Assembly (NCBI GenBank): GCA_000708835.1
Contig: DF237367.1
Span: forward strand, 1 to 64,000
Length of the DNA stretch: 64,000 nucleotides
Source of the DNA: Klebsormidium nitens
Taxonomy: Eukaryota; Plantae; Klebsormidiophyceae
Reading direction: 5' to 3'
The translations under genes were made by a program, and so were the position numbers. Shown here one piece after another: positions 47,558 to 59,500 of this stretch (its first letter is position 1; each line of letters begins with the position of its first letter). The notes under the pieces were generated by a model. That model was not told the origin of the DNA and did not search any database. It was given only the letters and a program-made list of their open reading frames with translations.

Positions 47558-50500
47558 TCACTCTAGCGGACCTTTGACCTTCGACGTAGCCTCGTCTTGG
47601 GCCCCCCAATCAGAGTCGAGTATTTCCGTACTGCCGCTGGCAACCAACGACGTCGCCTGAGTCGTGGTTTCGCTAAAGCACTCAGGGGCCGTCTGTGCAC
47701 TATCCGTTGACACGTCTCCATCAGTTCCTTCGTCCTCTTCTCCCGCTGGTCTTCTTCCCATGTTCACACTCGCGTTCGGACCGGCCCTCTCCGCCGAATC
47801 TGGCCAGTTCGTGCACTCGGGTAGGCCCTTCCTCGTTGACTCCCCGCTCCCAGAACCGCCCGCGACCTTTGCCTCGTCACCCCCCAAAGCCGAAGTCGGG
47901 ACAGCTAACCCGTTTCTTGGTGTCATCTCCGAGCCGCGGTCCGTTGCGGCCACACTTTGACACTGCCCGCCAGCGCCAGATTGCCCGGTTTCGAAGTCGT
48001 CTACCGTCCTGCTAGAAGGTACAGTCAGTGCCCCCTGGAGCAAACTCGGGGTCTTTGCAGGTTCGCCGTTTTGAAGAGAGGCGCTAGCAGGCATGGCGGG
48101 ACCCGGGTGAAGGCCAGGACCCGAAGGAAGGCCGGAACCGGAACGAGGACCAAAATCAGGATGGATACCGGAACCGGAACCACCTTCGCCCGCCACGTCG
48201 CGGTTTGCAGCGCCGCAACTGGGGGAGTTCTTCCGGATCAGGACATCGGCGTCGGTTTCAAAGCTGCCGCTTAGCCAATTACTCATTGCGCAGAGAGCCG
48301 CTCTCTCGGCATCACCTCCCGGGGGTTTTAGTTCCCACTTGCTACCCTCAGCCTCGTCGCCCGTAGTGTTTATAGCCACCGCCGGCTGGGGCTCTGAAAC
48401 CGGGGGAATTGAACCCCAACTCCGCTTTGCATCGTCTGTTGAGGCCGTTTCCGGTACACTCGACTTCATAGTGCTTGGAGGCAGCGGACTTTTGTTCTCC
48501 CGGGGGGCCTGCTCCGGCACAGACAACACCCCCGGGGGAAGTGGCTCCGGCGAATTCAGCTCCAGGACCTCCTCCCGAAGCTTTTCGAAGTGCGCCCCCG
48601 CGCAATATAAGCGGCTGGCGAAGACGCCCGGGGCGCACCATACGTCCTCCTCGGGCTCTGTTGGGTTAAGTTGGACGACGGGTTTTCGGGCAGGCGAAAG
48701 CTCTGGCAAACCGCTGCTAACCGGATGGTTAGCTTGACCCGCAGCCTCAATCCCCGGGTTGACATAACCTTCCCATCCATCCACGCTAGTCCACCGCTGC
48801 AAAGCGACACCGTCAGAAGACGCCGGGTCAAGCCCATAAGGCGCCGGACCCCACTCATAAGGCCCCAGACCTCGCCCCTGCCCCGCCGAGTCCTGCCCAT
48901 AAGCCGCCAGCGCCTGCAGCGCGTCCGAGTCGTAGCTAGGGATCTGCCCCGGAGCCGCCTCATAAGCGCCCGGGACCGTGCCATAAGCGCCCGGCTCGTA
49001 TGGCCCTTCCCCAAAGTGAACCACCCAGCGCTCCCCGTCCCAATGCAGAGGCGGGAGGACTTGAACCGGATCCGTTTGCGGGGCGGTCTGCTGTGGACAC
49101 GTGGCAGGCGGGGGTTGGTTGGCGGGCTTCTCCACTTCCTCCCGCCTCTTCATGATGTCAGCAGAGACGTCAACGAGCAGAGCGTGTACGAGAGGCCGCG
49201 CGTTGTCCCGCTGCTCCGCGGACGAGGCTTCGTAGAGGAAACCCTTACGACCGTCCTTCGCCTCGGCCGACGTCAGCGTGACGTGAGCGGACGCCTCGAT
49301 CACCCTCACCCTGCAAAGCAGTTGGAATAAGGTGTGAAAATCTGACGATGAAAATGTAATCGTGTGAAAACCAAGGGATGGCGACGGCGGTATACGCAAT
49401 TATTGAATGTGAACATGTTGGACTCGAGTTATCGCGCTTCTGGTGGCAGCCGTTGTGGACTGACCTAAGGAGGAGTGTGCTTCTGACTTACTCACGTAGT
49501 AAGTCAAAATAGTGAGGTGATGCCCAGGCTGGGTAGTTGAACTTGTCTGAGAGCTTAGAATCTGCTCTCCGCGGCAACAACGATCCTTCACGTATCAAGT
49601 AGGTTTACCCAACGGAACAGATTTGCCAGTACTTCCGATAGCATTGAACCTCATTGTTAGACGGAAAAGGAACCCCGGGCAATGACAGATGTTTGAATGA
49701 GCATCTGCGTCGGCTTACCAAACGGAACCGAGCCAAATGCCGCTCCTCTTTTGCACGAACTCGACCGACATCGTCAGAGAACACAGAAAGGCCCGCCAGA
49801 GGACACTTCCCGAACAGTCCAGACACGTGGTTCCGCAGTGCGTAGACACCGTCACGCAAGGCTTAACACATCAAGCTTCTCTTCCAGAACGACCTGCGGA
49901 ACGGCTCCAAGGTGGACGTAGATTAAAGACGAATTGCGACAGCGAGACGACTGCCCACTCTGCCAAAAGCAACTCTTCTTTTCCGCGCGACACCATACCT
50001 GCCGTAGAAGCGTTCCTGCAGCGCCGTGTCCAGCTCCCACATCGCGATCTGCCGCATGCCCTCCTTCACTTTCATGAAGGCCCTCCCCACCACGGGAGGA
50101 ACAGCGACCGCAACACTCTGTGGAGCGCGTTTCGCCGCGCCCACGATCGTCGATTTCCCCTTCGCCCCGTTCCTTGCAATCTCACCGTTGACCACGCTCT
50201 TTGAAAGCAACTTCGGATCCGAACCCCTCTGGTTGCCTTGCCCCGTTTCGTTCGTTGGTATTGTTCCCACTTTCGCCACTCCCGTTTGCGCTGGTGTCTT
50301 ACTCCAAGACCCCGACCCCTGTTTCGAAGCGCCAGCGACCCGCGCCTTCCCCAGCAGACCCTCCAGCGCTCCGAACTGATCTTCGTCTTCCGCCCAAGGG
50401 GGCGCGCTTTGGCTGGCAGCAGACCCCCCTCCTCCCCATCCTCCCAAAAGCCCTTCACTTTCTCGGGCTCCTTACCATTCGGCCGGACCTCCGCTTTTGA

Positions 50501-53500
50501 GCTTTTGGACTCGTCCGATTTCTTCATTTCCGACTCGTCCTTTTTCAACGTTTCGGACGTCCGAACGGCTGAGAGCATCCAGAGCGCGCCCCCACCCTTC
50601 CCTCCCCCGAGCGATCCCCTGTCTTCCTGGTCGATACGCGCACTCGTCTGTTCCTTGCCCCCAGCTTGTTTATTCTCCGACTCTCTATGCTCCGCCGGAG
50701 TCCGTTCTCTCGGGCCCAACTGGATCCCGAACTGCTGCAATTGCTCCTGTATCTTCCCCAGCGCCGCTTTCGCATCGCCCGCTTCCGGTTCCGGGTCCGG
50801 AGAAACATTCCGCTCTTCCGCCTTGGTCTCGCCCGGAACGCTCCCCCCCTCTCCGCTTGCACCCGGGGTACCGCCAACCCCCTGGGCCGAGAGATTGCGA
50901 CTCTCTGCCCCTTTACTGCCTGCTTTTTGCCCCCGCTGCTCCTTTAATTTTATCCGGTGGGCCAACTCTTTCGCCTCGCGCAGCAGCCACTCTAGCCGCG
51001 CCGCGTCCGCATCTTCCTCCGTCCCCCCACCCCTAGCTCCTTCCGGTTCCGTTTCCGTTTTCTTACCCGCCTCCTCCGCATCGACTCTCTTTTTGATCGC
51101 GTCCCACCGAGCGCGCCGCGCCCGCAGGACTTCCTCCCGGCTCGCGTGCTCGCCGACGTCACCGTCGGTGCTGACGTCACCCTCGCTACGTGGCAGCCCC
51201 TGGAGCTCCTCCACAACCGCCTCGCAGTCCCGATCCACCGACCCTCGTTCTTCCCGCTCGACTCTGATTGGTGACCAACCACATTGTTCCAGGTAAACCC
51301 CCTCGAAACCTGGCGGCAAATCCGGTCCCTCGTCCTCTGCCCAATCTGCCGACTGCTCCTCGGGGGCTAACTCCATATCTTCCGCTGGCCCTTCCATAGG
51401 TTCCCTGGCGTTCGAAGGTGTCACTTGTTCGGGCGGGGTCGCCGCTAACCCGCCTGCTAACCCATTCTCCGGCGCGTCTAGTGGCTCGTCCTCGTCTTCG
51501 ATTTCGACTGGTGGCGGTTCGTTCAGATCGAACAGAAACGGCCTCTTCTTTGGTTCCGGCAGGTCGTTCAAATCGAACCGTTTGACCGCGCTTTCTTCCT
51601 TAATCGCCTCCGACTCGAACGATTTTTCTTTAACCGCCTCCGACTCCGCTTCGCCCACATCTAGTTTCGTTCCAGTCGGACCCGCCTCTCGTCCCAAAGT
51701 CTCTCCCTTGAGTGGCTCTTCTTTCGCGGGCGCCGTCACTTCGTCCTCGGCAGGGCCGCAGGCCTTATTTACACCACCCGCCCCCAACCCAACCCCCTCA
51801 TTCACATCGCTGGCGAACGTTACACCCAGCTCTCCCAACCAAACCCCCTCTTTCACACCGCCCTCCGCAACTCTTTCAGTCTTGCAGAAACCGCCCCCTC
51901 CTGATTCAGTCCCCTTTCTCACGCCCTCCCCGTACCCATCCGCCTCAGTCACACCCTCTCCCAACTCCCCTTTCACCGAACTCACCCCATCGACACTCGC
52001 CAGCTCGACGTCCGTCCCCCTTTGCACTTCAGCAGGCGCCGTACTGTCCGGGCTTAATCTCAAACACCCCGGTTCAACAGTCTCCACCCACCCACCCTCT
52101 TCCGTTGGGCTCTTCTCTTGCCTCACAGCCATTTCCCGGTCTCTTGTTTCCCCCTTTGCCGCCACCTCCCGGTCTTTGAGCTCCCGCTCTGAGGCTCCGT
52201 CCTTCTCCTTCGCTTCGGCTCGGGGCGTTTCTTGCCCCGGAGCTCTCTCCCGATCACCGGAGAAAGACCGGCCGCTCCTGTCTTTGCCCCGAGGCGTGTC
52301 GTGCTTTTCTCCCTTTCGATCGATGCTCCGTTCCTTTCTGCCGAGCGAGCGCTCGCGAGAATTTGCGCGCGCTCCCCGCCTTGACTCTGACGGCGAGCGG
52401 TGACGGTGACCGTTATCGCGGTCCTTGCGCATCCACTCGAGCTTTTCCCGGTAGAGGGGGCGGTACAAATCTTCGCAGCCCAGCCGGCAGTGACCGGGGA
52501 CAAGCGCTTGATCCTGCAAGAAAATTTTGAAGCTGAGCGTCTGATAAGGTACAAGCTTGCTTTACCCCAAAAGGCCACCCGTTATTTTTGGCCCATAAAG
52601 CTACCCAAGACTTGATAGCAGCCCAATAGCAGCAAGGCTTAGTCCTGACATGTGGGCTCACAGACAAACCTTCAAGGAGGTTCAAATGAGGTAGGCAAAA
52701 GGGTGTGGAAAATTCGATTAGTCGGGGTTCTGCCCGACTTCGCCTTTTGGGCCTATTAGGACGAGTTTGATGCAGACGTGCCAATAACAGAAAGCACGAA
52801 ATAGACACCTGCTTAAAAAAGGTAGAGGGCGTAATGTTGATCACAGGTCTCAATGTAGAACCGAGCACTTTCGCTTAAGAAAAGGTTTGGCAGACGTTTA
52901 AGATCCGCTTATTGCTGCAGCCTGCAGAGAAAGGGAGTGAACGATGTCGGCTAGACTGTTGCACATACAAGACTTAAACAACGTACGAAGACTGGGCTCG
53001 GGCTTCACGAAGTATGCCACGCCAAATAACTTGCAAAGTTGCACCATCGGAAATACACGATAACGTGGTGCCCTGCCTCTTCGTGGGCGTCACGCAAGCA
53101 TCATCTTTTCTGCACTTTGTAAATGCATATGTTTTCAACTACAGGCCGGAGGGTTTCAGTAGGTCAGTTGGCGGAACGAATACGCTAATAGTTGTTGGTT
53201 TCCTGACATGCATGACCGACTGTTCGGTTTCTCCCTGCATGGTAGTCTCAATCTAGTAAAACGACACAGGAGCTCAGACACGGGCTGTTCAACCAACAGA
53301 ATATTCAGTGATCGCCCACGGAATTCTCGTGTATGAACGTCGGAGGTACGTCGAACCAGAATCAGCAAATGATAGCGGTCTCCTCGAGCAACTTTCTCGT
53401 ATCTCGTCTGGACTCTGCAAAAGCAGGGCTCCGGCTTACCCATAGCTGTCCCTTAACATTGGATTACCAATTGAAGGTAAAAGGAAACATCGATAAACCT

Positions 53501-56500
53501 AGAATCAGGACGTTTTCCCATAAAGCCCACGGTATAGGCCATCCCCTTGGTTGCCCCTTGTCACTTCTTCCGAGCGATTTAGGGTTTATGGTCTTAGGGT
53601 TCCAGTGCTCACCTGGTCTGCCATATACAGCACACGCGCCACTTGCTCCATGCTCTCTAGCCGGAGCAGCAGGCTCCTCTTCACTTTTATCGGGTTGTCA
53701 ACCACCTTTAACCCTCCCTTTAACCCCAGCCTGCGCGCGCGCGGCCCGCCCATCTGCTCTATGAGGTCGCGCACAAAGCCATGCCGAAAGCGCGCGTCGC
53801 CGAAAAGCGCGGGGTTAGGGCCCGTAACCCAGAGATTACGCAGGCGCGGATCGAAGCTGCGCTTTTCAGCCGCCCAGTCGGCCTCGAAACGCGCCCGCGC
53901 CCGTTCCTCCTTGCGGCTTATTTCTCGCGCGGGGGACAGGCTGCGCTTGTTTCGTTCGGACGACCGGTCCGGTCGGATTCCGGCCGCCCGTTCCGTCCGC
54001 TTTTCCCCCGACCCGCCCTGAAAACCTTTTTCCAGAGCCCGCTTCGGCGCCCGTTCTGGGCTCCTGTCAGACCTTCTTTCTCGCCCTCTTTCAGCCCGTC
54101 GTTCTTCTCTCGACGCCCCTCGTTCGCGACTCCTGTCCCGCCTTTCTCTCCCCCGTTCTAGTTCCGGCTCCCCAGTCAGCGCCCTCGCCCCTTCCCGGCT
54201 TGCCTCCGCTCTCGCTTTCTTCCTTTCGACCTGCTCCGCTCTATTCCTGTCTCTCCGATCCTGCCGCTCCCGTTCCTGCTGGCGAACCAGCAGCGCCTGG
54301 ATCCGGGCCTCGTTTCCGTCCGCGGCTTCCTCTTTTGGCTGCCGCGAACCGTCAGCGCCTTCCCCCACAGGGCCTCCTTTTTCCTCCCCCTTCTCCGCCG
54401 GCGCGGGCTTCTCATCCGTATCCTTCGAACGCTCTCTTATCCCCTTTGAGACGCTCTTCTCCTTCGCCCCTTCCAATACCCGCTCTCCGCAAACATTCTC
54501 CTTGCTGACGTCACTCACCTTTGACGTCTCCTCGGCACTCCCCCCCTCCGTCTCCAAATCCATTGGGGCCGAAGCTTGTTCCACGGGATCCCCCCCGTTG
54601 GACTGGCGCGATTCCGGCCCCCCAGAAGCGACCCCCGAAACCCCCTGTGACCCTTCGACAGATTTCTCGAACCCCGGGGGACGGTCTGCTTCTTTCTCCA
54701 GGTGAGCTCCTTTTTCCCCATCTGGCGCCTCCTTAGGCTGCCACGTGGCGGCCCCTGGTCCGTCCATCCCCGGACCCAACCCAGAACTTGGATCATCTGC
54801 GCGTGGCCCCACTAACCCGCTCCCTCTAGCCGGCGCTTTCCTGTCGCTTAACTCCGGAAGGGTTTCGGTTAGCAGTAATCGCGGGGCGTCGGTTAACTCA
54901 GCCACAAATGCATTCCGGCCAGCAGCCGGTTGATTGGCGTCGTCGACTAAACCGGAAGCGCCAGGTGGGTTCGAAAGGACCGCCTCGTTCCCAGGCTCTG
55001 CGAGCTCGGCGCCCGCGCTTTCCGGCCGGTCAAGCTGCCCCTGAGGCGACACCTCCGCTTTTCTCCCATCTCTAGTTGCTTGCACTTCTTGAGCAGGGGA
55101 TAGTATCTCAGTACCGGTTCCAGCCATTGTCCCCCCCTCGCCCACCTCGGCCTTCGGCTCCGATGAGCTATTCCCCGCCGTTCTCTTATCCCCCGCACTT
55201 ATGCCGTCCCCCAGCATGACGACACCGAACAGCGCGCTCTCGGCAAGAGTCTCGTCGAAGTCGATGCCCCGCGCCCTGAGACCTTTTCCAAGAAGCGTCT
55301 TAAGAGTTGTATATGACATTATGTACAGAGAGGCGTTTCGAGTTTGGCCATCCTCGTCGGTGCAGGCGGGGATGTCGGCGATTGACGCTGTGCCGGGTGC
55401 CAGAGAGTTGCCCTGAAAGTGAAAACATTTGGGGTCAAATTTGGCACCTTCAAGGCGTGTCAGAAGGCTTTTGCAAAGGCTATGAAGCTGAGCAAGTTAA
55501 GATCAACAAGAACCTCCAAGAAGAGTCTTCGTGCCAGAGACAAGTACGTGAGTCACAAACCGCCTGAAGGGGTTGCAAGAGGAATCACACAACTTCTGAA
55601 CTGAAGGCTCTAGCAACGAAGGGCAGCTGTGTGTTGGAATTGCATTCCAACGCGGCCTCCCTTCGTTATTCTGAACGACACGCGTTCATTCAATCAAAAG
55701 CTGCTGCGTTTCTTGCTCGACCGACCATTAATGGAGGCACACTGCTTTGACGGGCCATCTAAGCAGGCACAGGGAAACAACGAGAAGCTGTTTGGCAAGT
55801 GCGCAAAAGACAAGCTTTGGCGCGCCACTAGAGTTTGCCAGTGACCGTGACGAGTCAATCACTGGCTTCGGCACTTAAAGAGCCAGCTCAAGCAGTGTCC
55901 ACACGTGTCAGCGCAAACGCAGAGTTTGAGCGCCAGCACCTCTATGAGCTACCTTTTGCGCTCATCCACATGCTGAGAACGGGCAGGGTCACAAACCGCC
56001 CCAGGCAAAAATGGTTACAACCGGTTCCATGCTCCGAGGGCAGCCTGGCCCTTCCGCCCAAAACCCAAACCTTGATAGCCTTGACCCAAGACGGGTTAGT
56101 AACAAGGTTAAGTGGTTTTTGTCCCAGGGCGGATGTCCTCAGACCACGTTCTGGAGGCCTGGTTAAGCTGATTTTACAGCCATTTTAGCCTTAACCTATA
56201 CTTCGTTACGTATTTAACCTGCTACGTTTATGAACCGAGGATCTTCAGGCGCCCGGTAGAGTAGTATCAAGCAATCTGAGCCGTCCAATCGTGGAGATTG
56301 GTATCGTACGGCGGGGAGCATATTTTTCGGCATTTGAGTGGCGGTTTGTGACCCTGAGCACGGGTAACTTTCTCAAGCAGCAGACTATTTTCCTGCAACT
56401 TGGACAAAACGGGCAGAGCAGACCACTCACTAAGCCGGCAAAGGGTGGCGTAGATGCGCCGTCCGGACCAGCGCTCTGCTTGGCTGACGTCAGGAGCAGG

Positions 56501-59500
56501 ATTGGATCCTCGATATCGTCCACCGCCTTGGCTTTCAGGTCCCTGCAAACAGACGCAAGAGGAGAACGGGAAACTGTTCCATCTCGATCGTTGCTGTTGA
56601 GAAAAAGCTCAAAAAAGTAGATAAGAGGACAGTACTGGGACTGGTTGGTCACTCAGCAGGGTAGGGTGGGTGCGGCTAAGGAGCGCGTCATTTGTTACTT
56701 TCTGAATTTCCTCCTTTCGAAGATCAGATGTACTAAAAGTAATGATTCGCCAAATTCGACGATCACGATTGGCCCGAAAGAATGCAGAGTCGCCGAGAAT
56801 GCTTCGGGGTGTGCAGAATGCTGGTTTCAAATCAAGAACCGCAAGCCCGAAAACCTGTTCGGCTATGTGTAAAGGGCCCGAGCTTAAGAGACAGATTTCG
56901 GCCGTCTCGTTGCACGCGCGACCATACAAGACAGTATTTGCTCAAAATTGAAAAAGAAACGTACTAGGACGCGGAGGCCGTTACGAGAAGCGGAGCAAAC
57001 AAACAAGTGGCCACAGACCTGGTCGTTGTGCTCTGCAAACGACACAAACCCTGGGCCTATCGATTCACGAAGCAGAACCTTGAGGCAAGCGTATCAGATA
57101 ATTCTCTTTCTTTTCACGAATGGAGATCAGCTGTGGTCTGACATGCATGTCTCTCTGTCTAAGACAGTTTGCGAAAGATAACGAACAGTTCCGAGAAGCA
57201 ACAGAGGCCCGCCCGGAGATCCGAGCACTCCGGACTCCTGCGAGTTGCAATCTACAGGCGAACCCTTTTCAAACGGAAAGAATATCGTCCGATTCACTCA
57301 CCTATCGACCGGTACCGTCCCCGTCAAATCAATCCGCTCTGCCGGCAGCGTCCATATCCGCTCCCCCCCTTTCCCTAGCGCCCGTGCCTCCACCCTAGCT
57401 TTCATCTCCCCCCCACTCCAGATCCCCCCCCCCCAGACCAGCTTTTTGTCCCGCTTAGCAGACCCCCCCGCCGCCGACGAACTGCTCGGGACCGGGGGAT
57501 TCTTCGGTTCACCCGCCAGCTGCTTCCGCTCGCCCCCCGTAACATTTGGCTTTCCCCCATCCCGGCTGACGTCAGCGACTCTGGAGGCGCCGGGGGCCTG
57601 CGCGTGGCGCCGTCCAAGTGGGATCAGTGCGGTGACGTCAGCGCGCCGCTGCTTGCTGACGTCACCCAATCTGGCGGCACCGGGTAATGTCTGCGCGCTG
57701 GGGTCAGCACGACGCCCTTGCTCGGGGGGTCTCTCTCTAGGATCCCTTGCGACCCCCCATCCGCTGCGTGCTGTTTCACCCCTAGGGCTGGGATCCTTGA
57801 CGGGGTGGGTGGGAATACCCCCTGGGTGAAGCGGGCGAGGCCACGAGTTGGGGGATCCCTGGGGGGGCGGTTTGCCTGCGGCGCCCGGGTGTTGCGGAGC
57901 AAGTCTTTCCGGGTGCGGTATCGCACGTTCTGGAGGGGGGGGATGCTGTGGCGGGGGGGGAACAAACGACGGCTCCATTCCGCGTGCTGACGACACTGGC
58001 GGTTGTCGGTAATCCGCACGCCGGGAGTCGTTTACCATCCAGTGGCCCTGCCAGTGATGTGCCGGGGGTCTGCTGGTGTCAAAGTGCCTGTCTAACCATT
58101 GGGCCTGTGGCCTTGACGCCGCAGGAGGGGGGCCGTCAGGCAGTGGGGGAGCAAAGGGAGAGACCCGTGGAGGGTTGTGGCTTGAAGGGTGGGGGTTGAC
58201 GGGGGGTGCGGGGTGGGGAACCGGGACTGCTCTATGGTAGGCGGTGTTACCCTGCAGAGGGTTCGACACAGTCTTTAGAAGCGTTAGTGCTGCATAAACG
58301 GATTTCAGATTGCTTCGGTCATTGCATTGTAAAGCTGACTTGAGCATCCTGCGCAATCAAGAACTCCCAAGCACCTTCAAAAAGGTAGAAGGGTTCACAA
58401 AGGATTCTTAGACTCACTGCTACGGGGTTATGAGATCCTCCAGCGACCTCATGTCTTCACAGAGCAAACGAGTCACGCAAGATTGTAATGACTTGCCCGG
58501 TTATTGTATCACAATCATCCAAGCGCTTCGCTGGGCAATGAAGATCTTCTTTGGCTTCTCTGCTTCAGGTTGTAACAAAAAGGAAAGGAAAATCTGAAAC
58601 GAGATTCAGCATCAGAGGGAAGAGACGACAAATCGATCGACGCCGAGATGAGTGAGTGGTATCTCCAAGCTTGGACGTCGTAAACAGGAGGCTCTCAAAG
58701 AATCCATAACCTACGGACGGAAAATATTTCCAGGTTTCAAAAAGCATCATTGCTTTAGAGGAAGACATGGAGACTTCGTGATGCAACATCGACTTGGTGC
58801 AAGCTTTCAAATACTAACAAGAGTCGCCTCACTGAACTGAAGATCCAGAGATGAGGAATACGCTTCACGTTTTGCGGACATCTGCTCACCTTGGCTCCTC
58901 CAGTTGAAGAGCCGGGGGCTTCTCGCGGGGCAGCCGGAGGTGGGACCGGGGGGGTTGCTTTCGCCCGCGAATCGCCCCTCTGGAGAGGTTTGTTCGAAGC
59001 ACTACCCGTCGGAGAGGCCGGCATCTCTGGGCTAACCCGCGCGGCGGTCCCCTTAATGATCGGTTTAACGTCCACAGGCTCGTCGAGATTCTCCGCCTTT
59101 GGGACTTTCAATGGCGCCGGCTGTTTGAGCAGACTTTGAACCGAGTGCTTCGCAGGCGGAGCATTGGGGTCGTTCTGAGACTTGTTGGCGACGGGAACAG
59201 TGGGTGGTGCGGTTAACGAACTGGCAAGGGTTTTCAGGAGCTCCCCTGTGGTGGAAATGCGCCCCAGCCTCTCAACCCCCTCTACACCTCTCCGTTCGGT
59301 TTCCGTTCTCCCCCCCTGCGCTGCAGCACCTGCGCCGCCCCCGCTTTCCGCCCCTCGTTCTTTTCCGCCTTTTAATGGCGTGTTTGTTGACCGACCTGCT
59401 TGGCCAGCCATTCCCTCACGCTGAGGACTTCTGACACGTGGCTGGCTTTTACTCAACGACACTGCGTCCTTTAGCGGCGACGCTGACTTCCCATTTCGCC

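Noticed and set aside
55419-55604. Lys-rich plus-strand ORF as a histone-like protein
   Set aside because: Only 61 aa, antisense within an intron of the giant gene, with no histone-fold or H1 motif.
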